Virus record (IMG/VR): IMGVR_UViG_3300045988_146774
Location: 32,001-96,000 of that record
Source: a virus
DNA length: 64,000 bases
Direction: 5' to 3' (one strand)
The position numbers and the translations under genes were made by a program. Below the pieces are notes generated by a model. It made no database searches, had not been told where the DNA came from, and was given only the letters and a program-made list of their open reading frames with translations. This document shows positions 55,681 through 64,000 of the stretch, piece by piece (within the stretch, counting starts at the first letter, position 1; each line of letters opens with the position of its first letter).

Positions 55681-56937
55681 ATGGCTGAAAAAGGAAAGAA
55701 AATGATAGGGTCATATGATGTAAAAGTGCCGGAAGATACTGATGTGATACTTGGCTATGATAAGACGACAAATAAAGTTAAAAACTTTAAATTTTCTGGA
55801 ATATGGACATGGATCGTTTCAAAGCTTAAAGGAGAATCTATTTCAGATTTAAATACAACAAATAAAACTGTGGTTGGGGCAATCAAGGAAGTAAACAATC
55901 CGACTTTTACAACAGCAACTTCTAGGATAAATATAAATAGTGGAGAATCACAGTCCATTATTATGGGGAAGGTAAAAAAATGGTTGGCTGATTTAGGTAC
56001 GGCTGCTTTTTGTTCTGTTGTAAATAATCTTACTACTACTGCTGAAGGAAGTGTATTGGATGCTAGGCAGGGGAAAAACTTAAGTGATGCATTAACTAAG
56101 CTGAATACTTTAATGGGAAGTACAGACATATCCGGCATTGGTGGTGGAACCGTAACCGGAGCAATTAATGAATTAAATAGCAATTTAAAAAAAAATAATC
56201 CAACATTTTCATCAAGTCCATACAAGGATAAAACGATAGTAGCATTTGGTGATAGTATCATTGCTGGCTGGGGATGGAAAGAGGGAACAGGAATCATCCA
56301 GCCGTTAAAAGAAAAGTACCAGGATGCTACGTGGATCAATAAGGCTGAATCCGGGGCGAATATGGCAGTAACATCCAGTCCGGCACATACACCGATTGTT
56401 AATCAGATTACATCGTACACGGGTGCTGCGGATGCGATAATTTTCGACGGTGGCGTGAACGATAAGAATAATGGGCTTCCTATCGGATCGATTGAGACTA
56501 ATTATGATGCATCATATAACACAAGTACATTCTGCGGTGCATTGGAAAGATCATTGCAATACATCATGGACAGGTATCCTCTGGCGGTTAAATTATATAT
56601 TATTCCACACAGCTTCGCAAAAGACAACTCTTACGTGGACAGTATCTATTCAAAAGCGATTGAAATCTGTGATAAATGGAATATGCCATATCTGGATATG
56701 CGTGTATACTCACAAATCGCTATGACATCGGTGAATAAAGGCAAATATACTTACAACCCAAACAGTAAGAAAGGTGACGGTGTGCATCCGAACGAAACAT
56801 GGTATCGTACATTCTACTGTCCAGTAATCGACCAGGCATTACAGAATCTGGGAATAGGATATATTACAGCGTCTGTCGCACCGACCGTTATAGCGGTTCA
56901 TACATTAACGAGATTATGCAAGAGAAAGGAGACATAG
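55681..56937 (+). CDS. tail fibre / tail-associated protein with C-terminal SGNH (GDSL) hydrolase domain
   Basis: ATG at 55681 after GGAGGG. Fibre-like repeats (TVVGAIKEVN, TVTGAINELN). SGNH blocks FGDSIIAGWG, GGVNDKNN and GDGVHPNE. Confidence 0.7.
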   Translation: MAEKGKKMIGSYDVKVPEDTDVILGYDKTTNKVKNFKFSGIWTWIVSKLKGESISDLNTTNKTVVGAIKEVNNPTFTTATSRININSGESQSIIMGKVKKWLADLGTAAFCSVVNNLTTTAEGSVLDARQGKNLSDALTKLNTLMGSTDISGIGGGTVTGAINELNSNLKKNNPTFSSSPYKDKTIVAFGDSIIAGWGWKEGTGIIQPLKEKYQDATWINKAESGANMAVTSSPAHTPIVNQITSYTGAADAIIFDGGVNDKNNGLPIGSIETNYDASYNTSTFCGALERSLQYIMDRYPLAVKLYIIPHSFAKDNSYVDSIYSKAIEICDKWNMPYLDMRVYSQIAMTSVNKGKYTYNPNSKKGDGVHPNETWYRTFYCPVIDQALQNLGIGYITASVAPTVIAVHTLTRLCKRKET

Positions 56938-57240
56938 ATGAGAATATTACAGTTTAAGGTGAACAGCCAGAGTCTTAGCAAAGACGGAGATTTCTCTGGT
57001 ATTGTAGCTGGTACGAAAGGCTATCTGTACACAGCATATAACTTCGATTCGGAATGAGACGGTTGCAAGAAAGCAGCCGTCTTTTCAAGATGCGACAAAG
57101 AATATCCTGTACCGATTGTGAACGCCCGCTGTGCCGTACCAGATGAAATAACAGAATATAAACGTTGGAAGGTGTATCTGGTCGGCGTGAAAGACGGATA
57201 CAAGATTACGACAAATGAAGTGGAGGTGAGACAGTCATGA
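56938..57240 (+). other. 100-codon reading frame interrupted by an in-frame TGA at 57055-57057
   Basis: AAGGAGA SD plus ATG at 56938. 39 codons, then TGA, then 60 more open codons in the same frame. The frame ends at a TGA that overlaps the next ATG (ATGA). The second part has no internal start. Confidence 0.5.
57058..57085 (+). other. 9-bp stem-loop starting immediately after the in-frame TGA (terminator, SECIS or readthrough element are all possible)
   Basis: GACGGTTGC(57058-66)/GCAGCCGTC(57073-81), loop AAGAAA, followed by TTTT. Confidence 0.5.
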
Positions 57241-58181
57241 CATTAGAAGAAGCGTTATCAGCTTCGGAAGTAAATGACACAGGTGCTGACGAAGTTATTA
57301 CCATCGACAACGACCTAAGAAAAATCACCATACCTGCAAGCATCACTCTTCTTGGTGTGGTATCAGATGAAAATGTGCAAACATTACATTTCCAGATGCC
57401 GAAAACCTATAAAGGACTTGACCTGTCGGAGTTTGCTATTCGCATCAACTACATGAATGCAAATAATGTCGGTGATACATACGCTGTGGATGATAGCGAA
57501 ATCTCAGGTGAAAGTATCGTATTCACATGGACAGTTGGACGTGTGGCATGTATGTATAAGGGAAATACAAAATTCATAATCTGTCTTAAGAAAAAGGACA
57601 CTTCTGGCAATGTGCTGAAAGAATTTAACACATCGTTGACGAGTCTTCCGGTATTGGAAGGACTTGAAACAACCGAAGCTGTTGTTGCTGAAAATCCAGA
57701 CATCATCGAGCAGATACTCACGAAGATTGAAAAGCTGACGCAAATATCACCAGAAGATATTGCCAGTGCGGTGTCTGCCTATATGGAAGCAAATCCTATA
57801 GACATCCCAGACACTCTTCCCAATCCACAAGCTCTAACCATAAAATACGGCAACAAAACCCACACATACGATGGAAACGAAGCCCTTGCAATCACAATCG
57901 AGACAGGTGGTATAGAGCGTATCGAAAAACTTGCTACAGACACCACAGTAACCTTAGAGCCTAACAAACTCTATGTATTCCCAGAGATGGAGTCGCTTAC
58001 TTACACTATAGCCGAGGGCACAGGAGAGATACATTTCATTTTTAAATCTGGTGCAACAGCTACAAGGGTGGTACATCCATCCAATGTCAATATCGGAAAC
58101 TTTTCGGTCGAGAGCAACAAGGTATATGAGGTATCAATTTTAGAGGGATTACTTACATCCCAGAATTGGAGTGTGAGCTGA
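57237..58181 (+). CDS. tail fibre / baseplate-associated protein (BppU-N-like N-terminus suspected)
   Basis: 314 aa. N-terminal pattern ITIDNDLRKITIP...LGVVSDENVQTLHFQMPKTYKGLDLSEF...INYMNANN... resembles upper-baseplate or fibre anchor domains. Confidence 0.4.
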   Translation: MTLEEALSASEVNDTGADEVITIDNDLRKITIPASITLLGVVSDENVQTLHFQMPKTYKGLDLSEFAIRINYMNANNVGDTYAVDDSEISGESIVFTWTVGRVACMYKGNTKFIICLKKKDTSGNVLKEFNTSLTSLPVLEGLETTEAVVAENPDIIEQILTKIEKLTQISPEDIASAVSAYMEANPIDIPDTLPNPQALTIKYGNKTHTYDGNEALAITIETGGIERIEKLATDTTVTLEPNKLYVFPEMESLTYTIAEGTGEIHFIFKSGATATRVVHPSNVNIGNFSVESNKVYEVSILEGLLTSQNWSVS

Positions 58182-58642
58182 TGGAACGGAGAAGGACATT
58201 GGGAAATGAGGTGGAAAGTGTGATGAGTGAAGAATATGAGCTTGTCGGTACTGCAAGCATAACGGAAGAAACGGCTACTGTAGAAATACAGTTGAGCAAA
58301 CCTTGCACAGATTTGTATATGTTTTGTGAGAATTTAAAAGCAACGGCTAATTCACAATTAATTATTGGTATAGGTAATAACAATACTATATCAGGTACAA
58401 ATAGTGAATTATCAGCAAATGTACAAAATACCATTCAGCATATACGAAAGATAGGAAAGACGTGGATGAGGACGGGAAATAATCATGCGCAGTATCCATT
58501 ATCTACTGCCGCGTCAACAATGTATACTGCAAAAATAAATGCAAATAAGCAAATGCCAGAACAAATTTCTACAATTACATTACTAGCAAATGTGGGCAGT
58601 GCTAAAATCGTATCTGGCACTATAGAAATCTACGGGAGGTAG
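58181..58642 (+). CDS. tail-module paralog 1 (MxRRR...GR family)
   Basis: ATG at 58181 overlaps the upstream stop (TGATG). 153 aa. Shares the N-terminal M-x-RRR and the C-terminal I-x-GR with the next two genes. Confidence 0.55.
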   Translation: MERRRTLGNEVESVMSEEYELVGTASITEETATVEIQLSKPCTDLYMFCENLKATANSQLIIGIGNNNTISGTNSELSANVQNTIQHIRKIGKTWMRTGNNHAQYPLSTAASTMYTAKINANKQMPEQISTITLLANVGSAKIVSGTIEIYGR

Positions 58643-58650
58643 CAGTTGAC

Positions 58651-58716
58651 ATGAAATACAGAATAAAACACAATCTTGTCAGTCAGTCAGTCAGTCAGTC
58701 AGTCAGCGGATCATAA
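58651..58716 (+). CDS. 21-codon leader ORF containing (GTCA)7
   Basis: GGGAGG SD 11 nt upstream. Peptide MKYRIKHNLVSQSVSQSVSGS, then TAA at 58714, which is 40 nt before the paralog 2 start. Confidence 0.4.
   Translation: MKYRIKHNLVSQSVSQSVSGS
58678..58705 (+). repeat. tetranucleotide microsatellite (GTCA)7
   Basis: 28 nt of perfect GTCA repeats, read directly. Confidence 0.95.
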
Positions 58717-58755
58717 GCTAGCTGATTCGCTCCTGTCAAGTTGGGCGGTGGAATT

Positions 58756-59223
58756 ATGAACCGCCGGAGAACAATGCTTATGAATGGACAGGAGGAAGAT
58801 GGAATGAAAGAATGGGGTGAATTGCTGAATGAAAGCAAAGAAGTAACAGACCAAAAGACTGTAGAATTTAATCTTGCTAATGCTGAAAAACATGAGGAAT
58901 ATTGGATATACATACAGATAGAAAAGCATACCGGAGCAGAACAATGTAAAGGTAATTGTAAACCGATAATAAACGGAGCATGGATTGGATATTACAGTTT
59001 TAATGTGGATTTCTCGGGAGACCAGTATGTATCGTATCATATTTGGACAAATCCAATAAGTGTGTTGGAAATGTCGAAAGGTATGAGTAAGCCACAGTTT
59101 AATACTGTACAAATATTAAGACAGATAGAAGCTATTGGAAATGAAACAGGTACAGGAAAATTCGCATTAGAATTTCCAGCAAATTATACGGGAAAGATAA
59201 CAGCAAAAATACTCGGTAGATAG
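58756..59223 (+). CDS. tail-module paralog 2
   Basis: ATG at 58756 (MNRRRTML...KILGR). Only a weak, too-close SD (GGTGGAATT). Confidence 0.55.
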   Translation: MNRRRTMLMNGQEEDGMKEWGELLNESKEVTDQKTVEFNLANAEKHEEYWIYIQIEKHTGAEQCKGNCKPIINGAWIGYYSFNVDFSGDQYVSYHIWTNPISVLEMSKGMSKPQFNTVQILRQIEAIGNETGTGKFALEFPANYTGKITAKILGR

Positions 59224-59238
59224 GAGGTTGAAATAAAA

Positions 59239-59298
<60 letters not shown>

Positions 59299-59341
59299 CT
59301 GATTCTAAATCCTGTGTCAAGTCTGAGATTGCCGTGGGAAT

Positions 59342-59800
59342 ATGTTGAGGCGGCGAATGATGATGGCAAAGGCACAGGAGGTAGAAGAGATGAAAGAATG
59401 GAAAACATTAGATACCGTTGTTCTGGAAGAAGATGCGAAAATTATTACAGTCAAAATTCCAGATGCAAATGAAATAATAGTACTATTCTGTGGGAGAGAG
59501 AACAACGGTGATGATAGCATAAGTGGCACAGGAGTGGGGTCTGATGGACTAAGAATAAATAATAAAGGAGTATCAAATTATCCATTGACATATCTGAGGA
59601 AAGCAGGAAGTGAATATTATACAAAGATTACAGCGGAAATTATAAATGGATTTTTGGATGGAACAATATCAAAAAAAGGAAATAATGAACTTGTAGGATT
59701 TCAAAATCTTTTGACGAATGTAGAATCCATAAAAGAAATATCGCTCGTTACGAACAATTTATTCAAAACAGGCAGTAAAGTAATGGTATTATATCGTTAG
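59342..59800 (+). CDS. tail-module paralog 3
   Basis: 152 aa (MLRRRMMM...VLYR). Weak SD (GTGGGAAT). Confidence 0.55.
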   Translation: MLRRRMMMAKAQEVEEMKEWKTLDTVVLEEDAKIITVKIPDANEIIVLFCGRENNGDDSISGTGVGSDGLRINNKGVSNYPLTYLRKAGSEYYTKITAEIINGFLDGTISKKGNNELVGFQNLLTNVESIKEISLVTNNLFKTGSKVMVLYR

Positions 59801-59820
59801 ATAAGGAGTTGATACAAAAA

Positions 59821-60471
59821 ATGTATGCAAAATTACAATACGGATTCTTGCGCAGTGCACCGAAGACGATTGCGTTTGATGGCAAGACGATAAACAATCC
59901 ATTGCCGGAAGAACTGGAACAGTTAGGATATAAACAGGTGGTGTACACAGATATGCCTACTGGGGTAACAGATGGCAAGCACTGGGAATCTGGATGGACG
60001 GAAGAAGAGAATGCGATTAGGCAGGTGTGGAAATTTGTGGACGATTACGACTTAGAGCAAATCAGAGCTCTTAAGAAAAGTGAAATTTCAGAATCTTGTG
60101 AACAGACAATTTACAATGGAATTGATGTTGAAATGTCTACAGGAACACAACACTTCTCTCTCACTGAAAAAGATCAAATTAATATATTCGGATTACAAGC
60201 AACTATTGAATCCGGTCAAACACAGATTGAATATCACAGTGATGGTAATCCTTGTATATACTATAGTGTTGAAGATATTCAGAAATTAATTGCTGCTGCA
60301 ATGGGATTCGTAAAATATAACACTACATATTGCAATAGCTTAAATGTATGGATTAGCAAAGAAACGAATGCGCAGACAATTAGCGAAATGTATTATGGAA
60401 TGGAAATTCCAGAAGAACATCAATCAGAAGTTCTTAAGAACTATATTAGAATTAAAGCAAAAGATTTGTAA
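59821..60471 (+). CDS. tail-fibre-associated protein with DUF4376-like segment
   Basis: ATG at 59821 after AAGGAG (the track has TTG at 59809). ...LEQIRALKKSEISESCEQTIYNGIDVEMSTGTQHFSLTEKDQINIFGL... resembles DUF4376. Confidence 0.4.
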   Translation: MYAKLQYGFLRSAPKTIAFDGKTINNPLPEELEQLGYKQVVYTDMPTGVTDGKHWESGWTEEENAIRQVWKFVDDYDLEQIRALKKSEISESCEQTIYNGIDVEMSTGTQHFSLTEKDQINIFGLQATIESGQTQIEYHSDGNPCIYYSVEDIQKLIAAAMGFVKYNTTYCNSLNVWISKETNAQTISEMYYGMEIPEEHQSEVLKNYIRIKAKDL

Positions 60472-60492
60472 AAGAGGGCGGTTACTACTGCC

Positions 60493-60502
60493 CTCTTCTA
60501 TT
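60493..60502 (+). promoter_or_regulatory. CTCTYCTATT motif copy
   Basis: Exact CTCTTCTATT. It is the 3' arm of AGAGGGC(60473-79)/GCCCTCT(60490-96), 18 nt before the next start. Confidence 0.5.
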
Positions 60503-60519
60503 AATAAAAAGGAGGTCAC

Positions 60520-60819
60520 ATGGAAACTTTTGATACAACATCCGTTTCTGGACTTCTCGGAGAAACAATAACATGCGGTCATGTGACTTGTACTGAAACC
60601 GCAACATTAAGGTTAAATAATACAATTAAAATAGCCGATAATTATGTATATCAGATAGTTATTAAATCTGCTGCTACATCAAACATTGTATTAAAAATCG
60701 GCACACAATCTTTTAATCTCGCCTCTACTACTTCGTGGCAAAGATTAATTCAGAAATTTACAATTGAAAACAATAATACAAATTACATAGATTTAATATT
60801 CTCTCCGGTCAGAATTTAA
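60520..60819 (+). CDS. truncated paralog of the N-terminal domain of the following fibre gene
   Basis: 99 aa. ...ITCGHVTCTETATLRLNNTIK...TSWQRLIQKF...YIDLIFSP parallels ...IQCGHLTCDEISTLRLNDVLK...PTWQKFVNKF...YIELTFPP of ORF 60958... Confidence 0.5.
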   Translation: METFDTTSVSGLLGETITCGHVTCTETATLRLNNTIKIADNYVYQIVIKSAATSNIVLKIGTQSFNLASTTSWQRLIQKFTIENNNTNYIDLIFSPVRI

Positions 60820-60957
60820 TCAAAGGGCAGACCAAATTGGAATGAAAATTTCATCCGAAAATGTGATGTCAAAAGTGCCCATTTTAAGGGCTTTTTTGAG
60901 ATCGCATTTTTTGTGATTTCTGTAAATTATTAACTTTTCACTCAAGGAGGTGATTTT

Positions 60958-62535
60958 ATGTACAAGATGGAACAAACAACCACATATGATGATAATCTTG
61001 ACGAAATTCAGTGCGGACATCTTACTTGTGACGAAATAAGTACGCTTCGTTTGAATGATGTCTTAAAAGAGTCAGGAAAATACATTTTTCAAACAAAAAT
61101 GAAATCCAAGTCCTCTTCTGCTGTTGTTTTATCTATAACAAATCAAGAATGTACTTTTAATACAACTCCAACATGGCAGAAGTTCGTAAATAAATTTGAC
61201 AGTATTGATACAACGACTCGAAAATATATAGAACTTACTTTTCCGCCTGGTGAATATTGGTTTTATCATACAAAACTTGAAGTCGGCTCTGTTCCTACTG
61301 TTTGGTCAGAAGCTACAGAAGACATTAATTATAAGCTTACAACTATATATTCTCAATTCACTCAAAGGGCTGATGGTATAGAAGCAGTTGTTGGTCAAAA
61401 GCAAGATGCAAATATTACATCCGTTAGATATATTCGTGATTGGCTGGATGGAAATAATGTTGACAACAAGAACTATTGGGGTGAAATTAACGTAATTACG
61501 CATGATGGAGAAAATGTATTAGATAGTTCTCTTATTAGATTGCAAGCGAAAAACGAAGCTTTAAGTACAATAATGATTAATGATATAGAAAGAATTAAAG
61601 ATGGAACATTGTCATCTTACACAATTGATAGTGATGGGAATACTGTATATCATTATTCAGAAGATGACTATGTTATCAACACCGGGAAAGCATGTATCGA
61701 AATTGATCTTGGTCAAATATATAATGATATCGACTATATTCGCATATGGCATAGATTCGCTGACGGTAAATTCGTTTTTAATCATAAACTCCAAACTTCT
61801 ATAGATGGTGTCACATGGGTAACATTATATGACAGCAGTATAACTGGTGGATATGAAGAATCTGTTGATGGTAAATTATACTATCTAAACGAATCTAATA
61901 TCATTTCTTCCATGAACAAATTAAGCATGACACTTAACGAAACAAGGTCACAATTATCTGATACTTCTGGTAATTTAAGTACATTGACACAAACAGTAAA
62001 AGGAATCAATGAGACTGTTTCTAAAAACTATGAAGATGCAAATAGTGCATTGGTAAAATTACGGGAAGATTTGAATGCAAAGATATCAGAAACAGAAAAG
62101 GCATTGGCTAACTTCCGAATTGAAGCAGGTAATATATATGCAACCGCTGAATCAGTGGATAAAAATAATAATAAATTAGCGTCATTAATCCAACAGAGTT
62201 CTAATGGATGGGAAGCTTTATTTGCCGAACTTAATATGGGTGAAAACAAAGGTAAATATAATATTCAGACAAATATCACGCTTAACAAAAATGGTATAAC
62301 AGTTACCAACCCAATTACAGGACAAACCACACAAATGACGATCGATCAATTTTGTGGATTATATCATGGAGAAAAAGTATTCTGGATAGATAAAGATACA
62401 ACGAAAACACGAAGGTTGCTGTGTGAAAAAGGATGGGATACTGATTATATCAAAATGACGACGAATGCATATAAGTATGCTAATGGAACAGTTGTAAAAG
62501 GAGTTGCATTTGTTAAGTCTGGAGGTACAAGTTAA
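60958..62535 (+). CDS. tail fibre / receptor-binding protein with galactose-binding-like (discoidin-type) domain
   Basis: 525 aa, AAGGAGGTGA SD. YHTKLEVGSVPTVWSEATED fibre motif. The central segment ...IDYIRIWHRFADGKFVFNHKLQTSIDGVTWVTLYDS resembles an F5/8-type-C-like domain. Coiled-coil C-terminal part. Confidence 0.55.
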   Translation: MYKMEQTTTYDDNLDEIQCGHLTCDEISTLRLNDVLKESGKYIFQTKMKSKSSSAVVLSITNQECTFNTTPTWQKFVNKFDSIDTTTRKYIELTFPPGEYWFYHTKLEVGSVPTVWSEATEDINYKLTTIYSQFTQRADGIEAVVGQKQDANITSVRYIRDWLDGNNVDNKNYWGEINVITHDGENVLDSSLIRLQAKNEALSTIMINDIERIKDGTLSSYTIDSDGNTVYHYSEDDYVINTGKACIEIDLGQIYNDIDYIRIWHRFADGKFVFNHKLQTSIDGVTWVTLYDSSITGGYEESVDGKLYYLNESNIISSMNKLSMTLNETRSQLSDTSGNLSTLTQTVKGINETVSKNYEDANSALVKLREDLNAKISETEKALANFRIEAGNIYATAESVDKNNNKLASLIQQSSNGWEALFAELNMGENKGKYNIQTNITLNKNGITVTNPITGQTTQMTIDQFCGLYHGEKVFWIDKDTTKTRRLLCEKGWDTDYIKMTTNAYKYANGTVVKGVAFVKSGGTS

Positions 62536-62542
62536 TTTTTAT

Positions 62543-62568
62543 GAGAGGTTTAATTACCTCTCTTTTTT
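62543..62568 (+). terminator. rho-independent terminator
   Basis: GAGAGGT/ACCTCTC stem followed by T6. Confidence 0.65.
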
Positions 62569-62592
62569 AATTTAGAAAGATGAGGTGATTGA

Positions 62593-64000
62593 ATGGCAAG
62601 TGGTTCATGGACATTTGGGACAAGGAATAGTTATATTCAAGGATGGGTTAATTGGTCTTCTTCAAGCAATGGATCCTCTGCGAATAGTTCAAATGTTAGC
62701 GTAGCTGTATATTTTAGAAGAACAAATTATGGATATACAAGTTACGGAAAAGTTAACACATATTGTGTAATCAATGGTGGCAGCCAGAAAAACGAAACTG
62801 GTTTTTCGGTGTCGATGTCTGATCCAAACAAATGGATATTGGTATATGCAAAAAATTGGACGGTTGGACACAATTCGGATGGCTCTAAGCAGATTAATAT
62901 TCGTGTTTGGGGAAATGGTAACTTTTCTATTGGTTCGTATGATACGAATAAAACTGTGACATTAGACAAAATTCCAAGATATACATCTATCAAAACTTGG
63001 TCTGTTGCTGAAGTTGGAAAAACATACGCTAAAATGAATTGGGGAACAGCGGATACGGTAGACTGGGTAAGAGTATATCTTAATGACTCTTCTCAATGGA
63101 CTGATAATCCTGGCTCTGTTAATGGGACTTCTGGTTCATTTGTTTATACTGGAGCTGCATCTTCCGGTGCAAGTATACCAAGCGTAAGTACATTAAAACC
63201 GGGAACGACATATAAACTTAAATGTTGGGTAAAAAGAAAAGATTCTCAATTGAGTACGACTTCTTCCAATATTGAATTTACTACAAAATCTGTAGCTTCA
63301 ATTTCTAACTTGAATGAAGGATTTTCTTACAATATAGGAGACGATCTTAATTTAACATTTGATAATTCTTCTGAAAACAAATCATGGTTAGCTTTTTATA
63401 TAAAAGATGAATCTGATAACTGGGAAGAAATTTTAAAAACAGACGAAGTTATTCAAGCGAATTCGTATACATGGCAGTTGTCAAATTATGCTTCTATCTT
63501 CTATTCCAAACTTCCAAACGATAATTCTAAGAAATGTAAAATTGAATGTGGAACAACAATTACAGAAAATAAACAAACTATAAGTTGTATCTCAAGTAAA
63601 TTTGTAGGTACTATCAATGTTAAAAATTCTAATCCAGTATTTACAGATTTTAATTATGGCGACGAAGACACCTCTACGCAAGCTGTATTAGGCAATAAAA
63701 CATACATGATAAAAAACTATGGCTCAATGAAAGTAAGAATCCCAGTTGCTAAAAAAGCAGTTGCTAAAAATGGAGCCTCGATAATTAAATATATAATATC
63801 TGTTGATGGAGTTGCTATTGATTCGTATGAGAAAAAGTATAGCGATAGTTCAGAAATTTTGTGCGAGCTTGGTAAATATAACATAGATGGAATTGGAACA
63901 ATTAGTATTTATGCTATTGATTCAAGAGGTAATGTTTCTGATACAGTTAAAAAATCTTTTACTGTATTACCATATTCTCTTCCTCGATTTTCTGTAATTA
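62593..64000 (+). CDS. tail protein with DUF859-like N-terminus and FN3-like repeats (partial, runs off the window)
   Basis: GAGGTGA SD plus ATG at 62593. I checked the frame codon by codon from 63001 to the window end and it stays open. It is not in the ORF track because there is no stop. MASGSWTFGT...SSANSSNVSVAVYFRR...HNSDGSKQINIRVWG resembles siphovirus DUF859. Confidence 0.6.
   Translation, partial: MASGSWTFGTRNSYIQGWVNWSSSSNGSSANSSNVSVAVYFRRTNYGYTSYGKVNTYCVINGGSQKNETGFSVSMSDPNKWILVYAKNWTVGHNSDGSKQINIRVWGNGNFSIGSYDTNKTVTLDKIPRYTSIKTWSVAEVGKTYAKMNWGTADTVDWVRVYLNDSSQWTDNPGSVNGTSGSFVYTGAASSGASIPSVSTLKPGTTYKLKCWVKRKDSQLSTTSSNIEFTTKSVASISNLNEGFSYNIGDDLNLTFDNSSENKSWLAFYIKDESDNWEEILKTDEVIQANSYTWQLSNYASIFYSKLPNDNSKKCKIECGTTITENKQTISCISSKFVGTINVKNSNPVFTDFNYGDEDTSTQAVLGNKTYMIKNYGSMKVRIPVAKKAVAKNGASIIKYIISVDGVAIDSYEKKYSDSSEILCELGKYNIDGIGTISIYAIDSRGNVSDTVKKSFTVLPYSLPRFSVI

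Noticed and set aside
32503-58181. Genome-wide TGA to Trp (code 4) or other stop-codon recoding
   Set aside because: Trp is encoded by TGG throughout, and the long ORFs contain no in-frame TGA. Reading through the TGA at 58179 gives an implausible W-rich peptide. Only the single TGA at 57055 is anomalous.
60820-61020. 66-aa minus-strand ORF overlapping the fibre gene start
   Set aside because: It is antisense to an SD-led long gene and has no ribosome-binding site.

Overview
The window is about 64 kb of an AT-rich tailed dsDNA phage or prophage. Strong AGGAGG-type Shine-Dalgarno sites, a Spo0A-type domain and a type III toxin-antitoxin locus suggest a low-GC Firmicutes (Clostridia-like) host. 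Nearly all genes are on the + strand.

Layout:
- 1-3400: one minus-strand gene, then a 2.5 kb ORF-poor control or origin-like region with two DnaA-box 9-mers, an AT-rich low-complexity block and CAAAAAT-type boxes.
- 3.4-18.2 kb: early, replication and recombination genes. These include two antirepressor-like paralogs, an HTH/initiator-like protein, an 870-aa protein with two-barrel (YonO/beta-prime-like) RNA polymerase signatures, tRNAs, an MBL/beta-CASP nuclease, an SbcD-like phosphoesterase, HU, a free-standing homing-endonuclease-like gene and a tyrosine recombinase next to two more tRNAs.
- 18.3-36 kb: packaging, head and tail genes (terminase, portal, scaffold, capsid, tail tube), with holin, RusA and small genes inserted ahead of the tape measure gene.
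- 36-54.5 kb: a giant tape measure gene that appears split into four exons by three group I introns. Introns 1 and 3 carry PD-(D/E)XK-type endonuclease ORFs. The middle interruption has a complete intron core followed by a 4 kb island holding a Spo0A C-domain-only gene, a small membrane protein, a type III TA locus (tandem RNA repeats, terminator, ToxN/AbiQ-like toxin), and zinc-ribbon and DUF4145-like genes.
- 54.5-64 kb: distal tail and fibre genes, including an SGNH esterase fibre, a higher-GC mosaic block, and three tandem paralogs. Two of the paralogs are preceded by leader ORFs containing tetranucleotide repeats, (GTCA)7 and (CAGA)8.

A 10-mer, CTCTYCTATT, recurs at 12 or more + strand intergenic or intronic sites. 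All family assignments come from motifs recognised by eye. No database search was run.
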